Below, one piece after another: positions 22,946-34,338 of a stretch of DNA of 64,000 bases. How positions within the stretch are numbered: position 1 is the first letter of the stretch; each line of letters starts with the position of its first letter. The translations under genes were made by a program, and so were the position numbers. The notes beneath the pieces were generated by a model. It made no database searches. It was not told the origin of the DNA and saw nothing but the letters and a program-made list of their open reading frames with translations. Location of the stretch: NCBI GenBank assembly GCA_000165345.1, contig CM000432.1, forward strand, positions 960,001 to 1,024,000, read 5' to 3'.

Positions 22946-25900
22946 ATGGAGAGTTTTAGATACTTCCCTTTTTTTGAAAAGAAAGTTGTTGAAGGGGAAA
23001 ACTATTTTAGTTCAACTCTTGATTTTGAAAAGTTAGGACTAGGTTCATTTATTACATGCTCAGGAAACGAGAATTCTCTCTGGTTTGGCACAGGAGATGG
23101 TTATATCTACGAGGTTGGGCTTCGGGATGGACTCCTGAGTATAATTGAGAGCTGGAAGGCATATGATATAACAGTTTTTGACATTAAGTATTCCCAAAAT
23201 ACCCTAATAACTATTGGAATGGACGAAAATAATATGTGGAAATTAAAGCTATATGATTGTTTGGATGGCAACATTTTAAGTTCACGACTTGAAAATTATC
23301 AGGAGGTTCCAATATATAAAGAATTAGGTGAAAGAGGAATCACTGTATTTGAAACATGTTCTGATAATCAATTTGTTGGTTTAGGAACTGTTGATGATTT
23401 TGGAGTATTCATATTATATGGAGATTTTTTTGGTGTTGATACATATTCAAGCCATTTTATTGAATTATCTGAACCATGTACAGGAATTCATTTTATATCT
23501 TCTAATACAAAAGAAGAATATTACATTATGATTTCTACAAAAAATTCTATAATTTCTTATGAAATTGGAGTTAATACAAAATTCCCAAAGCTTATTTACA
23601 GTGATACAATGGGAGGTGCAAGACTTAATTGTAGCTCAATACTAAATTCATGGACTGATGATATCTCACAAGTACGTGATGTCTTAGTAGTATTTAGAGA
23701 AGAAGGCTTGTTTTGTTATCATCCAGTTAATGGTAACTGTTCTGCTCTTCCAACTAATCATGGAAATCCTATCATACTCTCAACTTTCAAGAATTATCTG
23801 GTCTTAGTTAGTTCTCCTCTTAACATCTCATCAGAATATTATTCAAATAATTCCAGAGAACAAATTGAAACTGTTAATACAACATTATGTGATGTTACTA
23901 TATGTAATTACCTCCCAGAATTAAGATGTATATGTTATACTGGTGAATTTAAAAATGTTTCACATATTGTTAAAGGACTTAATATGTTATTTGTCCTCTG
24001 TTCTGGAAATAATGTACTTTCAGGTTCTACTTCTATTACTAACACAAATATGATTAATAAGTTTGATCATACAATTTTAGAAAGAAAACAAGGAATTCAA
24101 AGTAATATTCTTTTACCTAATTCTTCTTCTAATACTAATCATACTGGTAATACTAATAATAGTACTAATAATTCATATATTACTCATACAAATATTACTA
24201 TGCCAAATCTATTATTTCACTTGGAGGAACTTAACCTATTTGAAAGAATTCAAATCTTAATCAGTAAAAACCTTTATGATTGGGCTCTAATCTTAGCTAA
24301 GAATGGAAATGTCTCCAATTCTATATATTCTCAGATCCAAAGAGCATATGGTGATTGGCTTTGTAATATTAGAAAAGATTATTCGGGAGCTTTAAACAGT
24401 TATCTTAATTGTCTAGATAGCTTTTCTGGAGATACCAGTCATGTAATACATAATTTTCTACAAGCTAATAGATTTGATGAAGCAATCACATATTTAAAGG
24501 AATGTGTATTAATTTTTAGAAGAAAAGAATCTACTAAGAATGCTATTAATCTTACAAATAGTGAAGATTCCAGATTTCCTATTGCAAAAGATCATATAAC
24601 ATTACTTTACAGATTATTTGCACAATTGGATAGATTAGAAGATATTATGGATTTTCTTCAAAATAGGAATTTAAACGAAGAAATTGATAATTATGAAGTA
24701 GAAACAGCGATTGATATGTGTAGAAATTATAATAAATTTGAAATGGCTGGAAATATTGCAGAAAGATTTCAATTTCATGATAAATACATGCAAATTCAAT
24801 TGGAAGATAGAAGATCTCCATCTGAAGCATTAGAGTATTTGGAAGATATTAATTTGGATGAGCCACAAAAACTATCATTAATATTAAAATATGGACCAAT
24901 TTTGATTAATAAGATTCAAAAACAAACAACTAAATTTATTAAAAATTTGGTAATAGAAAATAATATGCCAATTGATGTATTTTTACCAATATTTGTAAAT
25001 CATGATCATTTACTATTAGAAATGGCTTGGGATGTATTAAATAATGAAGGGAAGAAATTACAAATAGAATTAGAAGATATTGAAAAGATATCAGTAGAAT
25101 TATGTATTCATATACTTCAAGTATCTTTAAGACAAGAACCAAAATCTGAGATATGGGGCTAAATTAATATTAGAAAGATTAATAAGAATAGATAATTCAG
25201 AGAATTGGCATTCAATTTTGTGTATTTGTATATATTATAGATATATTTCAGGTGTATTTTATATTTCACAACATTGTAATTTACATCAATTTGCAATTAC
25301 TGAGTTAATAAAAAAAGGTGAAATTAAAGATCTGATAGAATTCTGTAGTTTATTTGGTAATAAGGACCCATTTATATGGCAAGAATCATTATGTTTGGTT
25401 ATAAAGAAATTATCAGAGAATACAAATATGAAAGAAAATATTGAATTAATAGAATATCTTAAGGCGATTTTAGAAAACGTTCATTCACTAAAATTAATAT
25501 CTCCATTATCAATTTTGGAGATTTTGTCAAAGTATTTGGTAAATGATAATATTTCATCAGATGAAAGATTTAATTCATTAACTTTTGAGATAATTAAACC
25601 AATATTAGCATTATACTCTGATTATAATAATGAGAATCTTTCAGAAAATAATAGGAATTCATTAAACGATATAAATGAGATTAATAGGATGAAGAAAGAA
25701 ATCAAAGACTTGAAGATGATGCCTAAAATATTAAATACTTCAAGATGTAACCAATGTCATTTACCTTTGGAATTACCAATAATTCATTTCTTATGTGATC
25801 ATTCATTTCATAGATATTGTTTATTACAACAAGATCAGTGTCCAATATGTTCTTCTGATCAAAAAACAAAGATCAGACTTTTAAAACAGAGAGAAAATCA

Positions 25901-26003
25901 ACAGATCAATAAAGATCAATTTTTTAAGTTTATTAAGGGAGATACGGATAATTCACTAGGTTTTGATCATATTTCAAAATCACTAAGTGTTTTATTCAAA
26001 TAG
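22946..26003 (+). CDS. vacuolar sorting protein Vps11 (Pep5) with C-terminal RING-H2; two exons joined by a short intron near 25121-25202
   Basis: first in-frame ATG at 22946 (MESFRYFPFFEKKVV matches human VPS11 MAAYLQWRRFVFFDKELV; the track ORF starts at an upstream GTG); FDVETAIDMCRNYNKF...YMQIQLEDRRSPSEALEYL matches human FDVETAIKVLRQAGYY...YLKIQLEDIKNYQEALRYI; the second ORF (25218-26003) carries ISGVFYISQHCNLHQF (matches GVLYLYEQGKLFQQ) and the RING CNQCHLPLELPIIHFLCDHSFHRYC...CPIC (human [25 protein letters not shown]...CPTC); only a GTATCT donor at 25121 paired with a CAGAG acceptor at 25202 keeps the frame; exact junction uncertain. Confidence 0.7.
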
Positions 26004-26915
26004 ATATTGTTCGTTTATATATAGAGTTGTTTAATTTTTATATTTATTTATTTATTGTATTTGTATTTCATTTTTCAAAAATTTATTTACATGCATGCAT
26101 ACATGCATATCATGCATATTGCTAAATATCAACAAATTTTCACCTTGACAAGATTTTCAAAATAACTTAAATACACTTTTTAGACTATCCCTAATTTAAT
26201 ATTTTCATATTTAGAATTGTGATTTCTTACAATTTATTCTTCAATTTACTCTATTTTAATGAAGAGAAAATATTTATTTATATCGGTACCTTCACTGATT
26301 TGCCGCCCAGAAGACAAGACGCCCGCCTCTGTATTTTAATAGCATTTGAGACAGAAATAGAGTAGAAAGAGAAAATAAAAAAATGAATGAGGACATATAT
26401 AATATATTAATATAATAATTTTAATAAATAGAAATAATAGTATAAATAATCAAAAATTATTGAGACGTAAAATTTGATAAAAAAAATAATTCAAGTCAAA
26501 AATAAAAATTGAATAAAAAAAAGTTCAAAATAAGTTAATTTTAAATTATCAAAGTATTATTTGACTTTTGAATAGAAAATGAATTAATTATTTTAAAACA
26601 AAATACATTTTGCGGGTAATTAATTCAAATTAACTTTATATAGCACAAAATAGTAAAAAGTCAAATAAAATAGATTATAAATATAACCTTAATTTCAATT
26701 AAATAAATATATAAATATTTATTTATTTATTCATAATTTATAAGGAAAAAATAAAGAATAAAATTGCCAATAATTAAGTAATTTTAAACTCTTGGAGAAA
26801 AAAAATTTGAGATTTATTCATTACGAAAAATCTTGAGTAGATTCTAATACAAGAGTATATTTTGAAAGTAATATATCTAGAAGAAGTTTGTATTAATATA
26901 TAAGAGTATAGAAAC

Positions 26916-27881
26916 ATGTCAGGTATGTTTAATAATAAATAGTAGATGGACGAGATAGTGAATTTATGATTTAATGAGTTACTTAACTCCTTGTTAAATG
27001 CAACTATCATTGATCTTGTCTATCTATAGAATTATCTATAATGAATATTAATTAACTTGAATTCTATTGATTACTTATATTTAGCTTCAGAAAGAGGTGG
27101 TTTTGGTAAAGGATTTGGATCAAGAGGTGGTGACAGAGGTGGCCGTGGAAAGGGACCACGCGGTAGAAGTCGAGCATCACCAGCTGAAGATGAACTCAAA
27201 AGTTGGGTACCAGTAACAAAACTAGGTCGTTTGGTCCGTGATGGAAAGATTAATTCTATTGAGGAAATCTATCTACACTCATTGCCAATCAAAGAACACC
27301 AAATTGTTGATTATTTCTTCTCAGGAAGCTCTCAATTATCTGAAGAAGTTATGAAAATTATGCCAGTTCAGAAACAGACACGTGCAGGTCAAAGAACTCG
27401 TTACAAGGCTTTTGTTGCTGTTGGAGACTTCAATGGACACATTGGACTTGGAGTAAAATGTGCAAAAGAAGTTGCTACTGCTATTAGAGGTGGAATTATT
27501 GCCGCTAAGCTATCATTAGTACCAGTACGTAGAGGCTACTGGGGTAACAAGATTGGTGAACCACATACAGTTCCAATGAAGGTTAGTGGAAAATGTGGTT
27601 CAGTACTTGTACGTTTAGTACCAGCCCCAAGAGGTACTGCTATTGTTGGTGCTCCAACTACAAAGAAAATGCTCCAATTTGCAGGTGTTAAGGATTGCTT
27701 TACTTCATCCAGAGGATGTACTAAGACCAGAGGTAACTTTATGTTGGCCATTTTTGCCGCATTAAAGAGCACTTATGCTTACCTTACACCTGATTTATGG
27801 AAGGAATACTCTTTCACTCCTTCTCCATACAAGCAATTCTCTGATTTCCTTGCTGTAACTAACAGCAAAGTTACCGTCTAA
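26916..27881 (+). CDS. 40S ribosomal protein S2 (uS5); 7-nt first exon ATGTCAG, 162-nt intron (GTATGT...TTTAG), then main exon
   Basis: main exon [19 protein letters not shown]...[38 protein letters not shown]...[46 protein letters not shown]...[19 protein letters not shown] is almost colinear with human RPS2; the track ORF starts at TTG (27057); an ATG at 26916 is followed by GTATGT at 26923 and acceptor TAG at 27084 (alternative acceptor at 27090), both in frame. Confidence 0.85.
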
Positions 27882-28236
27882 ATATTTCAGGGCATTTAGA
27901 TACATTTCCATAATTTAATAGACATAATTTAACCCATAGTTCTATTTCATTTTTGTCTTGTTTCACAACTTTTATCAATTTAATAATTTTTGATTCTTAA
28001 TGTGAATTTTGCATTATCAGTCCAAGTTAATTATTACTTGGACCGCCAAAATTCCAATTTATTTACATGTAGTAATTAAAGAGGGAAGAATGTGAAAGGG
28101 GGGGAGAGAGAAAGAGAAAGAGAAATTAATATTTCCAGCACAAACATTCATTAATAATTTATAATAAAAAAATAAATTACTCGTGTTTAAGGAATTTGGA
28201 GGGTATAATAAGTAAATAAGTTGGGAATATATTAAA

Positions 28237-29042
28237 ATGCCAATAATTAAGTATGTTCATTTAAAAATAAAAGGGAAATGTTGTATTATAAATAAAAATA
28301 TTTTTTTAGAGGATTTTCAGATTTAAATAACAATAATAATGGTGATGATAAAATCACTAATAGTTATACAGGTGGTGAGAAAAGGTAAGTAATATTTTTT
28401 TTTTTTAATTTAAAGTATTTTAATTTAAAATAAAGTGGATTAGCAGTTGAAAATCCTGGAGAATATAATAGTAATGGAAGAGGTATTCCAGAAAATGCTA
28501 TTAAAGTAGTATTATATAAGAATGGGTTTATAATAGATGATGAGGAATTTAGAGATATTTCTATACCAGAAAATGAAGCTTTTATTAGAGATATAAAAAA
28601 TTCAGTAGCTCCAGAAGAACTTAGGAAAAGATCTAAGAACAATCAAACAATTAATGTTGCTGTAGATGATCGTAGTTCTGAAATATATGTTCCACCGAAG
28701 AAACCAATGGAGATGTTTTCAGGTTCCGGAAATTCACTTGGTCAAACAAGAAGTTCAGCATTACAAGTTAATATTGAATCAGAAGCTCAAGTAACTGTTG
28801 ATAAAAATAAACCAACTACTAACATACAGTTAAGATTTCATAATGGCCAGAAGAAAGTGGTTACATTAAATCATGATCACACTATTGCTGATTTACATTG
28901 TATTTTTATGGAATGCGCTCCTGTTGATGGCGAATACCAACTCGTCTCTGGATTCCCTCCAAAAGAAATTAAATTTGACCCAAGTACTACATTAAAAAAT
29001 GCTGGATTACTCCAAGAAACTATTTCACAAAATCTTATTTGA
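28237..29042 (+). CDS. p47/Shp1-like p97 cofactor with SEP and UBX domains; 3 exons (28237-28250, 28310-28384, 28436-29042), no UBA domain
   Basis: SEP-like AIKVVLYKNGFIIDDEEFRDISIPENEAFIRDIKNSVAPEELRK (p47: [44 protein letters not shown]) and UBX TNIQLRFHNGQKKVVTLNHDHTIADLHCIF...VSGFPPKEIKFD (p47: [30 protein letters not shown]...TTFPNKEL); introns GTATGT(28251)...TAG(28309) and GTAAGT(28385)...AAG(28435) restore a continuous frame; the track shows only the last 111 aa. Confidence 0.6.
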
Positions 29043-29623
29043 TTTTTTTTAAACTTAATATCAGTTCTTATTCATTTAAAAATACTGATATTCATTTATA
29101 TTTACAATAGAGTTAATTGTAACTTAAATCAACAGTTTTTTCTTAATTTTAACATTAAACCTTTTTATTATCCACTTATAATTTGTCCACATGCAAATTA
29201 TTAATTTTTTTTTAGTTAGAATATTTTGACGCATGTAAACAAAGAAATTCCTATACCGGTAATTAGTAATGCAATTCAAAAAGGCGGGCTAAGACGATTT
29301 TTTATATGGATAAATAATGTCATAGTAAAACCAGAAAAAGAGCAAATATTAAAAAAGAACAATTTGTAAATATTAATATATAGATTATAGATAAATAATT
29401 ATATAAATATATATATTATACATATTGGTCTTTATACCCTTTTTTCTTGGTCTAAATTCGTAGTAAGTTACTAAGAAATAAGTTGAAGGACTGTTGAAGG
29501 CAATAAAAATTGAGTAAAAATATTTATAAATATTAGTATTTTTTAAGAATTTATATGGAAGTTTAAAAAATATATTGGATTTAATAACAGATTTGCAGCA
29601 ACAGGTTATAAATAAAAGAAAAG

Positions 29624-31048
29624 ATGAAGATAAAGAAAAGTACAAGTAAGAGAATGCCTCTTGGGAGGAAATATAAAATAGAGAAAAGAGTTTCACAGCA
29701 TAAAAAGAAGATGAAAAAGATAGCAAGAAAGTCATCATTTATCAAAGGAAAGAAAGGAAGGACCAAAGAATTAAATATACCAAATCTTTGGCCATTTAAA
29801 GAACAAATGTTGAATGAAATGAATGATGCGAAGGAAAGAATTAAACAGGAAAGAGAAGAGAAGAAGAAGCTAATTAAAGAAATGAAAGGGAATAAATCTA
29901 TGATGGATGTGAATGAAACCCAAAATCCAAATGTATCTAAATTACCAGCTAATTTATCTGATTTTGTAGAAAGTGCACTTAACCGTCAAAATGCATTTGA
30001 GGCATCAAAATCTGAATTAGAAGAGCTTAATATGAAGACTTTGGGAGATCCAACATCATCAGATTCATCTAGAAAGGCTTTTCTTCGCGATTTAAGGAAG
30101 TTAATTGAGGAGTCTGATGTGGTTTTGGAAATTTTGGATGCGAGAGATCCACTAGGTTTTAGAAATGTTGAATTAGAAAGATCTATTATTGCCCAAGGAA
30201 AAAAATTGGTTTTAATTTTAAGTAAAATTGATTTGGTTCCAGGTGATGTTGTCAAAGAATGGTTAACTTATTTAAGAAGAGAACATCCAACTTTAGCATT
30301 TAAATCCGCATTAAATAGTTCAACAGAATTTGGAGTAAATCATTCAAAAAGTAGTGGATTAAATGCATCACATGATTTTATTAAAGCAAGTTCTGTAGCA
30401 TTTGGTGTTTCACCATTAATGTCCTTAATTAAAAATTATTCAAGATATAATAAAAATTCAAAGAAATCCATTACAATAGGTGTTATGGGTTATCCTAATG
30501 TAGGTAAATCATCTTTAATTAATTCTTTAAAAAGAGGTTATTGTGTTAAAGTTGGAGCTGTTGCTGGAGTAACTAGACATCTACAAAGAATTGATTTGGA
30601 TTCTACCACAAAATTAATTGATAGCCCAGGAGTTGTATTTACTGGTAATTCTCAAGATCCATCACAAGTTTTGAGAAATACTGTACAATTAACAAATGTT
30701 AAAGATTATTTTGAACCAATTTCATTATTATTACAGAAAATTGATCATGAAATTCTACTTAAACTATATAAAATACCTATATTTAATAATGTTTCTGAAT
30801 TTTTAACAAACGTATCAATATCTAGAGGCAAACTTAACAAAGGCGGAATTCCTGATATTAACTCTGCTGCAATGATTGTTTTAACTGATTGGTTTAATGG
30901 TAAAATTTCTTATTATAATTTCCCTCCTCAAGATCATTCTCACCAAAATCAATTAGAAAAAGAGTCTATTACCATAGTTTCTAATTGGTCACAAGAATTT
31001 AATATAGATAGTATATATGATGAACTTGATTCACAAATCAAAAATTAA
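29624..31048 (+). CDS. nucleolar GTP-binding protein of the GNL3/nucleostemin/Nug1 family (circularly permuted GTPase)
   Basis: basic N-terminus MKIKKSTSKRMPLGRKYKIEKRVSQHKKKMKK; permuted motif order G4 (LILSKIDLV) before G1 (GVMGYPNVGKSSLINSL) before G3 (DSPGVVF). Confidence 0.75.
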   Translation: MKIKKSTSKRMPLGRKYKIEKRVSQHKKKMKKIARKSSFIKGKKGRTKELNIPNLWPFKEQMLNEMNDAKERIKQEREEKKKLIKEMKGNKSMMDVNETQNPNVSKLPANLSDFVESALNRQNAFEASKSELEELNMKTLGDPTSSDSSRKAFLRDLRKLIEESDVVLEILDARDPLGFRNVELERSIIAQGKKLVLILSKIDLVPGDVVKEWLTYLRREHPTLAFKSALNSSTEFGVNHSKSSGLNASHDFIKASSVAFGVSPLMSLIKNYSRYNKNSKKSITIGVMGYPNVGKSSLINSLKRGYCVKVGAVAGVTRHLQRIDLDSTTKLIDSPGVVFTGNSQDPSQVLRNTVQLTNVKDYFEPISLLLQKIDHEILLKLYKIPIFNNVSEFLTNVSISRGKLNKGGIPDINSAAMIVLTDWFNGKISYYNFPPQDHSHQNQLEKESITIVSNWSQEFNIDSIYDELDSQIKN

Positions 31049-31414
31049 TTTATTAATAGCAATTACCAAATTAATTAGAACCAATAATCTGCTAAAATTA
31101 CCATTCTCATACTTTCTTTGCTATTTTTATTACCCACTATTCAAACGAATTCCTTACTATTTCTATTTCTACTTTTTTTTTCTCAACTAAAATCTACCAT
31201 AAAAAGAGAAATATTAGCGATATTGAAAAAAGGTCACTGGTCATTAACAAATTGAAGTGATAATTCTTAAGTAGAAAAAGAAACTAATCGGAAAAATAAA
31301 CATAAAAATATTTTTATTCTTATTTTTCATTTCTCTTTTTTAAATTTAAAATATATTTAAATTTGTCCATTATTTCTCGTAGTTACCGCTTTAAACCCTT
31401 TATTTTAATACATC

Positions 31415-31454
31415 GCATGCATGCTAAACTTGTGGCGCCACTTTCTGGCGCCAA
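31415..31454. promoter_or_regulatory. composite GC island GCATGCATGC...TGTGGCGCCACTTTCTGGCGCCAATTC (two GGCGCC cores), ~590 bp upstream of the MFS gene
   Basis: two copies of the palindromic motif 7 bp apart plus an RY repeat, in otherwise AT-only spacer. Confidence 0.4.
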
Positions 31455-32034
31455 TTCATGCAAATGACAATTTATTGATAATAGCAATAAAAATAAAGAG
31501 GAAGAAGAAATTCAAAGTGTAAAATTCTAAAGAAAAAGAAAGGAAAAAATCAAAGTAATTTTTTTCTAATATAGAGGATAGAAAATCTTAATTTTATCAT
31601 TTCAATATATTAACTAGGGAGGATAATCTTTTAAAGGCATTTCTTTCTGTAGTTAATCAAATTACAAGCTTTAAAGAAAATCGCCATAATTTTTCCTCTT
31701 TATTAATATATCGGAATTTTTTACTTTAAATATAAATAATAAAAATTGACCCTATTACTTGTATGGTTTAAAAAGGCTTGGAACAAAAGTATATTAAAGA
31801 AAAAAAAAGGAAATAATTCAAAGCCAAATTCAAGTAGTAATAATAAAACATATTGCTTTTATTTATAATGAAGGACTAGAAGAATTGAAAAAAGGAGAAT
31901 TTCAAATATTTAAAGTATAAGACTTTATTATTGTTAATGATAAAGTATCTTTTTTTCTCTTTAATTTTCTTTTAATTAAATTAAAACTTAAGCAAATCAA
32001 AGCCTAAGTCAAAATTAAAGCTTTTCCAGACAAA

Positions 32035-33840
32035 ATGATGAAGATTGTAGAAAGTAATAATGAGTATGGCTCACAACTTGTAGCAAGATGGATGCTATTA
32101 GTGTGTATAAGCTTAGTTACTATGGGTATTATGTACAGTAATGACACATTGCCAGCAATTGCACCTTTTATTTTTGATGCATTTGAAGACCTATATAGTA
32201 AAGAAGAATTTGAGTACTATTATAATACACTATGTTCATTGGTATCTGTTCCAAATCTAATATTTCCACTATTAGCAGGAGTACTCATTGATACGGTTTC
32301 ATTATATTATTTATCAATAGTACTTATTTCATTTCTAGTTTTGGGACAATTTGTTCTAACTCTTGGATTTGGAATGAAAAGCCTAACTACAATGTTAATT
32401 GGAAGATGTATTTTTGGTTTGGGATCAGAATCATCATTAATTGCTTTCAATTCCCTTTTAATCAGATACTTTCCAGATTGGGAAGTTGCTTTGGCTCTTT
32501 CAATATGTTTAGCAATTGGAAGAATTGGATCAGTATTAAGTGATATGGTATCTCCTATTATAGCAACACTATTCCCAGTCTATTGGACTTTTCTATTGGG
32601 ATTAGTATTATTGGTTTTTGGAGGAATTAGTGTTATTGCAAATCTTAAAAAGTATTATTTGGAAGACTTATCAAATGAAAGTACTGATAACATCTTTAAT
32701 GAAACAAAAACTAATAGTCATGCAGATTTAATTTCTCATAATGAAATAATAAAAACCAGTAAAAGTTCATATTTTAGTCAATTAAAGTTCAGAATTGTTT
32801 TAGTTGGAAGAAAAATACGTGGACTTGGGAAATTATATTGGTACTTAACTATATTGGGATTACTATCTTATAGTGTAATTATGCCATTTAATTATATTGC
32901 AGGACCTTTAATTGTTGAAACTCAATATAAAGATATTCCAACTTCTACTGCAAGACAATATGCTGGTATTATCATGAGCTTATTATATGCAGTTTCTGTA
33001 TTAGTACTTCCAATATTGGGATGGATTGTTGATCGTGTTGGTGAAAGATGTAAATTACTGACCATTTCTGTTGGATTTCTTGCTCTTGCTCATGCTTTAA
33101 TGCTTAAATTACATCCTGCAATATCAGTGACTATACTTGGATTTGGATATACACTTTTTGCTACAGTTTATTGGCCATGTATAAGCTTAAGTGTTCCACC
33201 AACTTTATTAGGTACTGCTCTCGGTGTAGTAACATGTATACAAAATTTTGGATTTATTGTTACACCAATTCAAGTTGCATTTCTTCATTCAACCTTTAAA
33301 TCATATGTTGCAGTTGAAGCATTCTTTTTACTAATATGTATAATGGCACTTATAGTTTGTTATATAGTATCTAGAGTTGATATTGAACTTGGAGGTAAAT
33401 TGGATTCTGCACCAAATATTGTTTCAACAACAGTTTCAAATACAACTGATATGGTTTTAAGTGATTTGGAGAATCTAATACATTGCAAGAACCAAAACAA
33501 TATAGGCAAAATTAAGCTTGAGGAACTTATATGTCATAAATACCTCAAATATGAAAATGGTGCAAATTTATCATCTTCTCGTAAATTTGTAAGCTCATCT
33601 TCAGTGAGTACCTTTGATGATTCTTCTGATAATTCTCCAAGTGAATCATCTTCATTTATAAAGTCTTCCACATTTCTCAAGAATAATACTCTTCCTTTAG
33701 CAGATTATACAGTACAAAACTTGGACGACTCTGAACTATTGTCTACAAGGTCATTTTCATTTCAAGATGATTACTCAAAAAATAACCAAAATTGCGAAAA
33801 GAAATTGAATTCAAATAATATGAAGGGAATAGTTATTTAA
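32035..33840 (+). CDS. major facilitator superfamily transporter (about 12 TM segments) with Ser-rich C-terminal tail
   Basis: 601-aa ORF; alternating hydrophobic helices, MFS-like loop motif GRCIFGLGSESSLIAFNSLLIRYF and repeated G-x-x-x-D/R-R-x-G pattern (GWIVDRVGER). Confidence 0.55.
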   Translation: MMKIVESNNEYGSQLVARWMLLVCISLVTMGIMYSNDTLPAIAPFIFDAFEDLYSKEEFEYYYNTLCSLVSVPNLIFPLLAGVLIDTVSLYYLSIVLISFLVLGQFVLTLGFGMKSLTTMLIGRCIFGLGSESSLIAFNSLLIRYFPDWEVALALSICLAIGRIGSVLSDMVSPIIATLFPVYWTFLLGLVLLVFGGISVIANLKKYYLEDLSNESTDNIFNETKTNSHADLISHNEIIKTSKSSYFSQLKFRIVLVGRKIRGLGKLYWYLTILGLLSYSVIMPFNYIAGPLIVETQYKDIPTSTARQYAGIIMSLLYAVSVLVLPILGWIVDRVGERCKLLTISVGFLALAHALMLKLHPAISVTILGFGYTLFATVYWPCISLSVPPTLLGTALGVVTCIQNFGFIVTPIQVAFLHSTFKSYVAVEAFFLLICIMALIVCYIVSRVDIELGGKLDSAPNIVSTTVSNTTDMVLSDLENLIHCKNQNNIGKIKLEELICHKYLKYENGANLSSSRKFVSSSSVSTFDDSSDNSPSESSSFIKSSTFLKNNTLPLADYTVQNLDDSELLSTRSFSFQDDYSKNNQNCEKKLNSNNMKGIVI

Positions 33841-34338
33841 TAATTTCCTTGATTCTCATAGATTAAAGGATTCTTTTTTCTCTTTTTTTTTTTTCTTGAG
33901 GAAAAAAGAGAGAAGGAAGAAATTGATTAATTGACTGAGATAATTATAAACATTTATAAATCTCTGATTAATTATATACATAAATTTCACATTTAATAAG
34001 TACATTTCTTTCAGAACTTTATTAAATAACTATTATATAATAATATGCATATCCATCACTAATTGACAAATACTGTTTACAAGCTAAACAAAATTACAAT
34101 AATTCATTTACCTATAACTTATTTACTATTATTGCTTTCCTAATTATACTTCATAATCTTAATGTTTTCTTTTTTCTTTATATTATTAAAAAATTACACG
34201 TAATTAAATTTATGTGGACAGAAGTAATTACAAGAAATGCATGCAGCATTTCAAAAATGCATTTAAATATATATATTAGCACTTTAAGTGTGTGCAAATA
34301 AATGATTAAAGTTAATTATTATTATTATTTTTTCATGA

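Noticed and set aside
26923-27084. Intron-encoded C/D-box snoRNA in the RPS2 intron
   Set aside because: Ribosomal-protein introns often host snoRNAs. Here no convincing C box (RUGAUGA) / D box (CUGA) pair with a terminal stem is visible; only weak ATGA/TTGA fragments.
28364-28642. 92-aa minus-strand ORF
   Set aside because: It is antisense to the SEP-domain exon of the p47-like gene, which has clear homology on the plus strand.
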